From: Octopus vulgaris | Lineage: Eukaryota | Assembly (NCBI GenBank): GCA_951406725.2 | Contig: OX597822.1 | Location: 77,376,001 to 77,440,000, forward strand | Reading direction: 5' to 3' | DNA: 64,000 nt | Part shown: positions 13,786 through 27,005 of the stretch, piece by piece | Numbering within the stretch: the stretch's first letter is position 1 | Layout of the letters: every line of letters starts with the position of its first letter | Notes under the pieces: generated by a model | Seen by the model: the letters and a program-made list of their open reading frames with translations, nothing else | Told to the model about the DNA's origin: nothing | Database searches by the model: none | Translations under genes and position numbers: made by a program

Positions 13786-14693
13786 TATATATATATATAT
13801 ATATATGAGATAGATAGATAGATAGTTATTTGTTAATTAGTGCTTTTATATGCACAAAAATATTGAACACAGAGAGAATAAAAAAACTAAATGCAAGTGT
13901 AGAACTTGCTATTTCTTATAACTTTTTTGACTGTAACTTTGAAGTTTAACTGAATACGACTTATTCATACTATTGTCGTATAGTATACAATCATTATCAA
14001 TAAAATGGCTATATGATATATATCTTGTGCGTGCAGTTAGATGTTCAACTACTTCTGTATGAGTTGGAGCCCTATGTAAATTATCATTACCTTGTCAGCT
14101 TCCAGTGTAGGGGTTAGTTGACCATGGTTCTTAGCAGTGATATCTGTTATGATATACAGAGCATATGTAGTGGAAAATCAAGATAAATACCAGTATAGGC
14201 ATTTACTCCCAGCATACATTTCACCTTGGCAGTTATTTGCGACTCAATATTTGGATGTTCCAAGTACATTTAGATGCATAGCCACAATAGATCAACTAGG
14301 GAACAACCAATGGAATATCCAATTCCAAGTTCCAAATAAATGCCATGGTGGGTGAAATGTGTGCAGGAACTAAATATTTATACTGGTATTTATCTTAATT
14401 TCCACTTAATGTGCATGTTTGAGTGTGTGTGTGTGTGTGTGTATGTGTGTGTGTTTGTGTGTGTGTAGGTGTTATAATCATGTGAAACATGCATAAAAGT
14501 TCACAAATACTGCAAAATAGCATTTGCAGGATAATTACACATCAAAGCTAGAGATGATGAAAAAATTGGGCTATGATTCATCATTAGATGTGTTTCATTT
14601 GATAATACGAATTATAAATTGTACATGTAGGAAAGCATTTAAGATTCCTCTTATTAGAAATTGTTCAGACAGAGAAAATCAAATAACACTTTG

Positions 14694-14797
14694 ATTCGCT
14701 GTCTGAAGAATCTCGAGCAGGAAACATCCTACATATTTCTCCTACATGTACAATTTTGTAACTCATATTAGCAAATGAAACACATGTAGCAGTGAAT
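14694..14797 (+). ncRNA. Type I hammerhead ribozyme motif (Penelope-type)
   Basis: ATTCGCTGT-CTGAAGA-...-GAAA-C-ACAT-G-TA-GCAGTGAAT. 9 bp stem I (two GU pairs), GUA cleavage triplet, weak stem II. Confidence 0.75.
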
Positions 14798-14853
14798 AGA
14801 TAATACCCTAAAATTCTCCAATCTCCTACTTTGATATTTATGTTATATGTATG

Positions 14854-14909
<56 letters not shown>

Positions 14910-16501
14910 CACACACACACACACATATGTATATATTTGTGTGTGTGTGTGTTGCTCAATGTTGCATGAATGAGAAAGAGTTCAGTATATGTAGTAGAGG
15001 CTATTTGACTTTTTAAAAATAAACCTGAAGCTGTGAGTTTGTCTTGCAACTCAAGTTTCATGCTACTCTGATCTTGGCCTGAAATTCTAGCTCAATTTTT
15101 GAATTAAAAAAAAACTATATACATATATGTATGAATATTTGCAAGGCAGTGGTTGACAGTAACTTTTAAGTTTTCATAACAAAATATCAGTTGCATTATC
15201 CTTCAATTAGTATTTGATGCATATATTATTTTTGATGCATATACCTATATATAAAAAGAGTCGTTTTTTTTAAACACAATCAAGCATAAACTCGGACAAG
15301 CAGCTTGCTTTGACTGTTGGCACTGTCAACCAGATATGAAGAACTACAGCACAAACACTCTGTGATAAACAACCACTAAAAATTTAGACTATGGTATAGC
15401 CTCAGGACTCTCCATAATTCACTACTTTTGAAAATCATGAGTATAGTGAAGGAATTTAAATAATTGTAAATAAATTTTCTTTTTTGTACACTTCTACTTG
15501 TGTGAGAAAAACATATACTCCTTTTTACATCCATTCATAAAGGAAAAACTTACAATTCAATCCTATACATACATACACACGCGTGTGCACACAGACACAC
15601 ACAGACACACACACACACAAATGTATATATGTATATGTAAACTTTAAACATTATTTGTGTTCTCTTTTTATACCCTATCACACCTGCAACCAACTCCAGA
15701 ACTGGATCTACAATTTAAATCAGATTTGGCACTTACATAACTACTATATTTATGGAACAAAAACGCAATAGAGGGCATTAAAATATTCGGACAGATAGAT
15801 GGTACAAAGGTTGACAAGAGAAACAACAATTAGGACAGGCAGAAAAAGAGGGCTCATTCTTGGCTTTCTTTCATCAGTCAAGTCCTAGGAGTCATGACCA
15901 TTTTGAGCAATTACACTTGCGATGGTTCGATCTGGTTGCGCCCCCCCCCCCTCCCTCAAAAGAAAAGTCCAAGCTAAGAGCATTAGATCCCTTTGTAAGT
16001 AAGCTAGCAAATGTGTACAGCAGCAAAGACAAAAAACAAATAAACAAAAAAGCGGAGAATATGGTACACAATTACAAATACAAACTAGAAATAACAACAG
16101 GTGTCTTTTGACTGAGAATAAATCAAATTGAGCTGTCGTGTATGAAGTGAAAGCCTAACGGTAGGAACATGGGAGATGGACACACGAGGTGCTGACGGTC
16201 GGCAGTCAGGCCAAGAAAGAAAGATCATGGCTGGCTGGTGTGTGTGTATGTACATGAGTGTGTGTGTGTGCGTGTATGTATGGGGGTGCCCAGAGATGTA
16301 GTGGTATATCTGTATGACTGATTGTATATGTATGAGCGTATGTTTGAATGTATTTGTAAAATAATAAAATTTAGCATGTGCAGCTCATGTTGAGTGTGTA
16401 GAGGCACGCTCACACTGAGCGAATTGAAACTGTTAGCATCTACTAGATTCAAAGGAGCCAGTTGGATGTCATAGCATTGAAATCAAACATTTATTTATGG
16501 C

Positions 16502-16614
16502 GACAGTGAGGAGATACAACTAGGTCCTATTATACAGGTAAATCATTGCTTAATTTGAATTTTAAATCCTGTATATATGTGGATCTATGTTGTATCGAAA
16601 CATGTGTAGGGGTC
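16502..16614 (+). ncRNA. Degenerate hammerhead motif with long stem II
   Basis: gTGAGGA-GATACAAC...GTTGTATC-GAAA-C-ATGT-G-TA. Perfect 8 bp stem II base, eroded stem I and C3. Confidence 0.55.
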
Positions 16615-16670
16615 ATTAAGCACCTGTCGAATCATACTCCCTCTTCTTTTTGACTCTATTTGTTCTTTCC

Positions 16671-16722
<52 letters not shown>

Positions 16723-17059
16723 GCCTTTAAGTTTGTTTACAGGAAACATTTTTGAATATACACATAAAAGGTCCTATTTTATTATGTCGTCTACAACCTA
16801 ATGATACCAACTGGCAATAGCAGTTTTTTGGGGGTTGTACTGAGTTGTACCGATACAATGTAGGATAAATATAGTAATAATAATAATAATGATAATCCAT
16901 TGTTGGAATTTATAAATATAAATATAAATGTATGCATTAAAATATTTACAAATTCCATCCATAGGTTATTATTATTATTATTACTATGGCAGATTCTCCT
17001 GTTGCAAATAACAAATGTGGGTTCTACAGCTTGGTATCTTTACTTTGCTCTTGGGTTGA

Positions 17060-17465
17060 GCATTGGTTAGCAGGTAAGAGATGTTTTATGGTGCAGACCA
17101 GCAAACCTGAGTATGATTATGCTTTTGTACTGTGGGAATTGAGCCTTTCCTTACTGCATGCTACATACCCATCATCACCATAAATGAAATCATTTGAAAC
17201 AGGTTCTTGTTGGTCCTTCCACTTAACATCTGCACAAAGTTGATTGCAATCTTTCTGTCTACTCACTTCAAACTATTTTAAACTAGTGACAGACATTTCT
17301 TCCCATTCATTTCAGTTTTCAGCAAGGTCTTCCCAAAAGCTTGAAAATATACTGAAGCTTAGCCTTGTTATTTAAGAGGGGATAGCGTACAAGATATTTG
17401 TTTTTTCAAAGCTGACCATAGAACAGTTGTTTGAGGAGCCTATCATCTTTCATCTGAACCAACTT
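17060..17465 (-). mobile_element. RTE/BovB-like LINE 3' fragment
   Basis: Minus strand VQMKDDRLLKQLFYGQL and WEDLAEN, plus an eroded terminal zinc-finger-like LNSH. Confidence 0.65.
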
Positions 17466-17766
17466 TATTTTGCCACTTTATCCTGCAAATATTTGTGTGT
17501 GTATGTATGTGTATTATATACATGATAGTCACCAATTTTCTTTCTGATCATGTGGTCCAAGAAATTCTCCTTTCTAATGCATCTGGTGTTGCTGAAATGC
17601 CAATTTCACCTCTAACAACACCACGTGACCCGCTTTGTTCAGTAGCAGCCCATTTTCCAATAGCCATCTTGAACTTCCCCTGTTTCTCCATTCTGTAATC
17701 TAATCCTGAATGAGCCAGGTTTCTGTTAGAAACCTGCAAAACTTGGAGCCAAATCACACTGTTTTA

Positions 17767-17877
<111 letters not shown>

Positions 17878-18654
17878 TTTCTATCTATCTAGCTATCTCT
17901 ATCTCTCTCTCTCTCTCGATATATGTGTATATATCTGTTTATCAATCTGCCTATCTATCTGTTAATCTACACACAAAAGCACGCATGCACGCACACACAC
18001 ACATACATACTATTGCATATTTAACATTAGTAGTAGATCAATGCTGATGAGACCACTCTACAATTACAGACTGCTTTCTTTGTTTGTGTTGCAGAGTTCA
18101 ATTTCCTTAAGGGTTGGTAGTAAATAACAAGAATCATCATCTCAACCAATGTATTCTCTTCCCTTAAGATATCCAAATTAACTTCATCATACGATATTCT
18201 GTTTCATCCTGTGATACTATCGATAGTTTATTGTGAGCATAATGAACAAAAATAGAGGCAAAATTAGCAACTTCATTAATATCAATTGTTATCACTATTA
18301 TTCAATGTTATAACCAGAAATTTTCTTCAGAAATATGTGTAGCCAATTAAATCAAATCCAGAGCCTGTTATATACTATCATCATCGTTGTTTAATGTCCG
18401 CTTTCCATGCTGGCATGGGTTGGATGGTTTGACTGAGGACTGGCGTACCAGGAGGCTGAACCAGGCTCCAATCTGATCTGGCAAATTTTCTACAGTGTGT
18501 GCCTTTCCTAATGCCGACCTCTCCATGAGTGTAGTAGATGCTTTTTATGCGCCACCGGCATGAGGGCCAGTCAGGCGGTACTAGTATTGACCATGCTGGA
18601 ATGGTGCTTTTTATGTGCCAATGGCACAGGCATGCCAATATATATATATATATA

Positions 18655-19008
18655 TGGTGGTTGTCTGCTCCTTATGCAGAGTTTTACCACCTCCTGTACC
18701 TACACCTTAGAACCGCCGTGGCATCTGATGTAGCTTTTTAAACCAGACAATGTTTTGAAAAGACACCCACATAGATTGCATATCCAATTTGGTCCTCCAA
18801 GAGCTGCAGATAAGTTCTGATCTTTATGGATCTTAAAATGTCTTTTGAGGCCTCCATTACATTTGCAGACATTGTGGCATACACGGCATTGAAAGATGTG
18901 CACAGATATATTGGTAGAGTAATTGGTGGAGGTTCGTTTTCCATGGGTTTGCAAATGAGATTTGAGGCAAGCCAATGAAAGGCATGGTCTGTCACAAACT
19001 GTGCACAT
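18655..19008 (-). mobile_element. Probable RTE/BovB-like LINE 3' end with three C2H2-like zinc fingers
   Basis: CTVCDRPCLSLACLKSHLQTH / CRVCHNVCKCNGGLKRHFKIH / CNLCGCLFKTLSGLKSYIRCH. No TGEKP linkers. Bounded by microsatellites with a short 3' tail. Confidence 0.6.
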
Positions 19009-19675
19009 ACATACATACATATATATATAAATATATAATTATAAATAAGGGCAAAAGAAAAAATGCCAATATGCTGAAAAATAGACCACACTATATTTTT
19101 CACTATAAATACACAGTCAGTTGAAACAAGGAAAGCACGCTAACAGAAATTTTTAAAATTCATTATTCCCGAATTGGGACAATTTCTGGATTAATCCACG
19201 AGGATTCTTCCTTTTTCAGCGAGAAACTCAATCAGAAATAAATAGAACACTTATGTGTACCCTTGGAAAAAGCAGATGCAAATCATGGGTACATTTAAGT
19301 ACTCCAAATATAATGAAAATTATTGAATGTGGTTAGACGATCTAAGGTCTATTTTTCAGCATATTGGCGTAGGAAATTTTTTTTTTGTCCTTATTTATAA
19401 TTGTTTATAATTTTCACCTTAAAAGGTATTTTAATATGCTGGCTACTGAAAAAAAACAAATTTATCCTTATATTAGAACTAAATTTATATGTGTGTGTGT
19501 GTGTGTGTGAAGTGGATGTACACGAAGTACATTCTTTGCTAGAGGCAGCAGCTGATAAGTTATCAGTGCTATGTAGAGCTTTGCTGAATGTTGGACAGGC
19601 AGGGATGTTTGCGGGTGGTGAATATACAAAAATTCTGTCTTTCCTCTATGAAGACTATTAGAGGAATAAAGGATG

Positions 19676-19751
19676 ACCCAAGACTGCACTTTCAAACTCT
19701 TCTGAATGTGTGTGTATATGCACGGATCTGATTGGTTCTCATCAGCTGGAT
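19676..19751 (-). ncRNA. Type I hammerhead ribozyme motif
   Basis: Minus strand ATCCAG-CTGATGA-GAAC...GTTT-GAAA-G-TGCA-G-TC-TTGGGT. 6 bp stem I (two GU pairs), one stem III mismatch. Confidence 0.7.
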
Positions 19752-22187
19752 GTGCAGTAACGACTGAAATTTCAAAATATTTGCTACATTTCTGCCTGTT
19801 TACTGAGTTGAAAATCATAATTAAAATTCAAACCACGATCAGTGAAAAGATATGCAAGAGATATAAATATTATTAAAAATATTGTTACTCTCCGGCAAGA
19901 ATAAAGCACCATAAGAGATAGAATCATAAATATGAAGTGTGTGTGTGTTTGCATGTACATGTTAGTGTATAGGTGCAAAACAAGGAGAGAAAATAGTACT
20001 TAAATACAAAAGGCAGAGTAAAATAGTATCTTATGCAATTGGTCTGAATAATAACTTTGATTGATCGGTTATGTGAAACTCCGAGCTTCAATAAAATACT
20101 GTGTGTGTATGTGTTTGTGTGTGTGATTCAGTGTACACAGTTTTCAAAATTAGTGGTACTAAAGTTTCTTGCCATAGAGACACTGTGATTAGGCAGATTT
20201 ATATAATGTGCCTTGTGTCTCCAAGCAATCATCAGGCTTAGGGCTCATTAAATGATATTTAGCTCTGACTGGATGGGAGTAGTTTTTTTGTTGATCCCAC
20301 CTTAACAGAACAGCTAACTATACATGTGTGCGTGTGTGTGTTTACCCTCCTGTATTAAGTCTTATTTCTCTTGTTTGTTCCTACCCCCCCCCCATATATA
20401 TATATATATATGCCATGTAAAAAGCACTGGTCCTAGTGGCATGGAAAAAGCACCCAGTACGCTGTAAAATTGTTGGCGCAGGGAAGGGCATCCAGTTGTA
20501 GAAACTATGCTAAAACAATGGAGTCTGATGCTGCTCCTGGCCTTGCTAGCTTCTGTCAAACTGTCTACCCCATGCCAGCATGGAAAACGGATATTAAATG
20601 ATAATGATAACTGAAACACGGGAAGAAGGCCTGCCATCTCATGTGCTTAAGGACATTTTCTTTATCCGTTAACCTTTCCAAATAGTCGCCATAGTAATTA
20701 TTGACACACACACACACAGAAATATGCATGTTGAGAATTAATTTTTGATTTTATTTTACACAAAACTGATCACGTCAATTACCATAAAATAATGAAAATA
20801 ATAATAATGATGATGATGATAATAATCGATTATATAAAAAAGACATTTTCAAAAATAAAATCCAGTTTATAAATAGTTTCTGCACCTTTTTTTATGGGAG
20901 TATTTATTTTCTTTTATTATTCATTTCTGTTTAATTGGGAAAATATATTTTTCTATTTGTTGTTGACCTTTTATTTTATTTCTTTATTTTTGTGTATCTG
21001 CGTGTCTTGTTCAATTCAATTACTTCATTCCATAAGGTCACAGAAACTCACTCAAATGTCTATACACAAGATGTCTTGTTGATACTTCATCTTGAAGCAT
21101 CATGAGTAATAGCTTTTGACAATATTACGATAAAAAATGCACACACACACACACATGTATAGTAAAAGAGTGCAGTGTACTCAGCTAGAGCAGTGGAATA
21201 AAGTCCTTCTTCAGGGAAAAGTTGATAGGGGAGAAATGAATGAGGTTATGACCTCTAGGTTGCAGCCAGTTTTTCTAACATTGATGTTGCAAAACTCTGC
21301 TGCCTTTCATTAATGTTTCTCCCATTAACTTTGCCTTCAAGAAGGACATTCTGAAACATTAGACTTTCCACTCTTCACCGCAAGTTCATTCCACTCTTTT
21401 TATTAATTTTAACAAATAGTACAAGTCTTGTCAGTACCAGCCACTGCTAGTCTCTTTGGAGTTTGCTTCATCACACATTTTTATCTTTTACTGGTTTCAG
21501 TCATTAGACTGCAGCCATGCTCAGGCACTGCCTTGGGGGATTTTAGTCAAATGAATCGACCCCAAGTACCTTTTTTTTCTTTAAAGCCTGGTACATATTC
21601 TGGAAGTATCTCTTGCTGAACCACTAAATTACAGGCATGTAAACCCACCAACACCAATGATGGAGAACAAACACAAACATTAGGACACACACATACACAC
21701 AGATATATATATATATATATATATATATATCTGTGTGTATGTGTGCCCTAAAAAATGGATCTACAACTTCAATATACCTACATATCTCACATCTATTTTC
21801 TTTCCTCCAGCTTACTCTCTATTTTGTATCCTATCTAAATTAACTATTAGACAGCCTCTCACACCGTCTCTGATGAAGGGAATATTGTTAGCCTGGTGTG
21901 CCAACAGAGTGCTTATGAAGTATTATACCCAGATTGATAATTTTTCACTATTAGCTTTGTTATATATATCATCATCATAGTCGTTGTCGTTGTTTAACAT
22001 CCGTACACACTTACACACAAGCAAACACATGTTTGTGAGAAGATGTATTCAATACATGCAGTGGAGCTTATTCATTCAAAGCTCTTGATTCACTCCATTG
22101 CTACTCTAAGTTTTCTTGTATAAAGTATAATCATCAACAAGTAAACACAAGCCACCAGTCTTATCATCAGAGTGAATTATTGGTTTC

Positions 22188-22234
<47 letters not shown>

Positions 22235-22250
22235 AATATATATATGTATA

Positions 22251-22612
22251 TACAAATAAGAAAATGGTGGAACAAATTCATTTCAGTCATCAACTTACAG
22301 ATATTACCTTTCATATTATTTATTAACTATATAAATAGGAACATTCATATTTATATAGTTAATAAATAATATGAAATGGTAATATCTGTAAGTTGATGAT
22401 TGAAATGAATTTGTTCCTCCATTTTCTTATTTGTATTATGAATTTACGGTAAAATATTTTACCTTTGCCCATCCGATACAATAAATGAATTAATTGCATT
22501 ACAGTTATAAGCATTTATGTATTTGGCATTTGGGTGCTTCACCAGCAGTATATTGGATAACTGATATCCTATTGTGGGTTACCCTCATAACCCCTGTCTT
22601 ACTTTGTACTAT
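22251..22612 (+). mobile_element. Penelope-like fold-back element in (TA)n
   Basis: Near-perfect ~87 bp arms at 22251-22337 and 22348-22435. Tail shares CTCCATTTTCT and TACGGT..ATT.TTACC motifs with the 13341 element. Confidence 0.6.
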
Positions 22613-22733
22613 ATATATACAAATATATATATGTATATATATACATACAAATATATCTATCTATATATAAATATACATATATATATATATATGTACACAC
22701 ACACACACACCTCATTTTCTACACACATACATA

Positions 22734-22788
<55 letters not shown>

Positions 22789-22929
22789 GCCGTTAAGTAT
22801 ATGTCCTGTCATAGAGTGACCAGTGGTTTCGGATATGTAGAGGGATTAGCCCCATGGACAACATAACTGCATATAAATACATTACTACTATGTTCTTTAG
22901 AGCATGCTTCTTTTTGAGATATATGATTG

Positions 22930-23310
22930 TGGCACTCCATTGATTACGACGACAAGGGTTCCAGTTGATCCAATCAATGGAACAACCTGCTTGTGAAATT
23001 AATGTGAAAGTGGCTGAGCACTCCATAGACATGTGTACCCTTGACATAGTTCTCAGGGAGTTTCAGCATAACACAGAGTGTGACAAGGCTGGCTCTTTGA
23101 AATACAGATACAACAGAAACAGGAAGAAAGAGTGAGAAAAAGTTGTGGTGAAAGAGTATAGCAAGGTTCGCCACCACCCCCTGCCGGAGCTTCGTGGAGC
23201 TTTAAGTGTTTTCGCTCAGTAAACACTCCCAATGCCCGGCCTGGGAATCAAAACTGTGATCCTACAACTGCAAGCCTGCTGCCCTAACTACTGGGCCATT
23301 GCACCTCCGG
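22930..23310 (-). mobile_element. tRNA-derived SINE family D
   Basis: tRNA-like head at 23230-23310. Tail AAGTGGCTGAGCACTCCA...GTGTGACAAGGCTGG is shared with 51921-52165 and 57975-58290. Confidence 0.8.
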
Positions 23311-23333
23311 ATATATGATACACTGACTAAATA

Positions 23334-23376
<43 letters not shown>

Positions 23377-23401
23377 ATATGTATGAAACTCTCTTAACTC
23401 C

Positions 23402-23447
23402 TCTCTGATGATGGGATATCATTTATTTCTCTGAAACAGCTGTAAGA
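23402..23447 (+). ncRNA. Minimal type I hammerhead ribozyme motif
   Basis: TCT-CTGATGA-TGGGA...TCTCT-GAAA-C-AGCT-G-TA-AGA. A related 5' half CCGTCT-CTGATGA-AGGGA lies at 21864-21881. Confidence 0.7.
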
Positions 23448-23513
23448 CCACCTTTCTCTTTATAAATGTCCTAGAAATATCATATTACCTTGGCCTTGTT
23501 ATCTCACTTTATT

Positions 23514-23550
<37 letters not shown>

Positions 23551-24442
23551 GACAGACAGACAGACAGATAGATATACATACATGCATGAATGTATGTATC
23601 TAGGTACACATGTAGACACTCTGGCAAAGGCTAGCAGGCTGAATCCTCAAAGTTACACTCCTTATAAAAGCTTAACCCTTTGCAGATAGGAAGCAGTATT
23701 GACTGCATCGAAACACTGTGTGTGAGCAGTGCAATGTCTTGCTCTTTGCTGCACCATGTTTTCCAATGCACTACATGGAGAAGAATCTGTAAGTACACTG
23801 TAAAATTCCTTGTATGGAAAATTATGTAGTTACCGAATGGCTCAATTCCAGTGCACAGCACAGACTGTCAGTACTAAATCCATCTGCAGGGAGTTAATAA
23901 AGATATTCTTTATAAGAAGTATTGAGTAATTCTTCAGTTTTATGTTGAACTGTTTTTATTATCATTCACCATAAAAACAAACACATGCGCACACACACAC
24001 TCGCCAGTATTCTTAATCGAAGTTGAAGCATCTCAAATTGTAATTCTGAGGATTGCATTGCCATTTATTCTCTGACACTACACACACACACAAACGTGCA
24101 TGCACATATACATACATACATGCACTCAAAACCCACTTACATTTAATTTTTTTTCTTCAATGTCAAACAATTACATCATTTATAGAATTATTATATTAAT
24201 AACAATTTGCAACATTTTCAATTTTCAAATTATTTTTTGTTAGTTTCATTTCCTTAAATTAAATTTTTTATTAGAAAAATTCCCACCACCTCAACCACCA
24301 CCATTTTGTCATCTTTTTTCCATTTTTCTAAAATGTTTGATATATATATATATATATTTTATAAAGTATCAGAAAAAATATTGATTATTTTTCTGTTTGA
24401 TTTGGGGTGGGGCAGACACACACACACACACGCACGCACACA

Positions 24443-24477
<35 letters not shown>

Positions 24478-26447
24478 TCTTTTTTCAGTTTTTCCTTTCT
24501 CTTTTCCAACTTTATATTTTCTCTTTCCATTTTTTTGCTCTTTAATGGTTTGAAATATTTGCATTATATCATTTTATCTTCTTTTCTTTTGCTGTTGGTG
24601 ATATTTACTAGATACCTTATATTTCCTTATTCATTTTTCTTCTTCAGTTTTTTAAGCTCTGTCTTCTAATTACACACATGCAAAAGATAATGCATATTTC
24701 CTTTACATTGTGTATCAGAAATTAACACTTTCCTTCTAGCAGTCGTATAGTTGGTAGAAGGGTGAACAGGATAAGGTGCCATTCAGTCTCAGGTTACATT
24801 TTTATATGGGTTATTCTATTGGGTCTGCTGTATAAGCTTTTATAGGTTTGGGAACCCAAGGGAAAAGGAAGAGTGACTCAAGGGCTGCTCTGGGTAGCTT
24901 ACATTTTGGCTATACATCTGTGATATGTTCCTTCACTTTTTTATTTGGGACAAGCTCCAGAGAATTCATCTGATGTGAACATTTGTTGAGCGATTTTGGT
25001 GAAAAAATACCTTAGTAATACTAAATGTCATATTCCCTGTGTAATATGTGACTATCTTATTACTAAGGGTATAAAGTGCCCCTTCAGTTGTGTGTGTGTG
25101 TATTTATATATATGTGTGTGTATGTGATTATACATGAGCCACTTTAAGTCTCATGCTTGGATAGTCTATTACTGGCTTACATAGCCAACTGTGTGTGATC
25201 TGGAAATTCTTTAAACTCAAATAAAATGGCTACTTCATGTGGAAATACAAGATAAAATTAGAAAAATACAAGGAACAAACAAGAAAAGACTTAAAGAAAT
25301 GTTCTAGGAAAAGGGGAAAATTCTATTCATTGAAGTTTGGTTATGTTTCTTTAAGCTTAAAGTAAGCTGGTTTCAATTGCTGTATAATCATACAAAAAGA
25401 AATGGAGAAATGAATTTATTCAAACATTTTTCATAGAAAATTCTCATGGCATTAGTTGGTCTCTCTCTAATAATTGTTTGGTCATAATTTGTGTAGAAGG
25501 AATGGTTGCAGTATTAGTGACCACTGTTACTGGTAATACTATTGCTACTACTATTTTGATCCAAATGCTGTCAGAGGAAGACCAATGACTCGCTTGTAAA
25601 ATAGTGTGAACTTTCAAAACAGTTACCATGGAAGATTGGTTTAATTAAATTCATTTACCCGTTTCTTTTTGCGTGATTATTTGTCTCCAGAATTGAAACC
25701 GGTAGCATCTTTTAATTAAGATATGAATGTGTTGCCTCTTTTTTATGATAAAGTTCTCAAAGTATTTTTGTCTTTTCTTTGTAATAAGTACATACACAAA
25801 CACACACACAATACAAACATGTATGTACATATGTGTGCATAATTCAATTCTTTCATCAAAATTTGGAAGAGGCAGTAAAAATTTTGTTATGAGGGAAATG
25901 AGATTGATCTTGAAAGAGTCATCGATCCTTTAACTGAATACATTCCCTCTACTTTATAGAAGTATTTTGTACATTGAACACTTTGTCTGGAATTGCAATT
26001 TATCTTTTTATTTCTTACATGGAAAATACAAAAAGTCCATTAGATATACGTGCATGTGCATGTGTGTGTGTGTATGCAAAAATAAATGTATAAATATATG
26101 TATATATATGCATGTATGTGTATGTTTATGAATATATATATATGTATGTATGTATGTATATTTATGTGTTTATGCGTGTCTCTTTGTGTAACTTTCCCTG
26201 GTATTCATCTCTCTTTGTTTGACAATGAATTTGAGGTATCTTGTGTGGTCTGAGCACACACTGTCTTTACCTGTTTTTCACCTCTTTATTCTCATCTATC
26301 ACATGTGAATATTCACATATTTATTTTTAACACATTTAGGTAGGTCCAAATACAAAATATGCTAGTTGCTGTAGTATATGTCTTAGGGGAATAGCTTCTC
26401 CATTCTATTCCAATAGCATGTTCAACCCACTCTTCTTATTGGCACAC

Positions 26448-26513
26448 TGCATTCTGGGATGTCAGTGTTTCAACTTGTTGTGTCTCATCAGCCAGAACTC
26501 TCAGACGAATGCA
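26448..26513 (-). ncRNA. Type I hammerhead ribozyme motif with bulged stem I
   Basis: Minus strand TGCA-[TTCGTCTGAGAG]-TTCTGG-CTGATGA-GAC-ACAACAA-GTT-GAAA-CACTGACA-TC-CCAGAA-TGCA. Confidence 0.75.
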
Positions 26514-26954
26514 CACTGGTGTCCTGAATGTCATGTGTTGTTGAGATGAGTGCATCGAACATGTTGTAAAACAGAGAAGACATTCTCCTAAGACATATAC
26601 TACAATGCCTCACATATTCTGTGTCTGAATCTACCTAGATGTGTTAATAACACATAAGCAATTATTCATTCTAGATCTTGCTGCACATGGTGCAGATAAC
26701 AATTTTATATATATCATCATAATTATCATCATCATCATCGTCATTTAACATCTGCTTTCCAGGCTGGCATGGGTTTGACTGGAAACTGGAAAGCCAGGGA
26801 GCTGTACCAGGTTCCTGTCTGATTTGGCATGGCTTCTACAGCTGGATGCTCTTCCTAATGCCAACCACTCCAAGAATGTAGTAGGTGCTTTTTACATGCC
26901 ACTGGCACAGGTGCCATTGGGATATGTGTGTGTTTGTTTCTGTATTTTTGTGTG

Positions 26955-27002
<48 letters not shown>

Positions 27003-27005
<3 letters not shown>

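Noticed and set aside
19728-19748. CCAAT box (CTGATTGGTT) plus E-box as a promoter; ORFs 19401-19661 and 19468-19818
   Set aside because: Better explained as stem II and core of the minus-strand hammerhead in a Penelope-like remnant. The ORFs have no recognisable domain.
22095-22175. CTGATGA...GAAA on the minus strand; also 15865-15880 and GAAACCGGTA near 25696
   Set aside because: No convincing stem II, cleavage triplet or matching core, so not counted as hammerheads.
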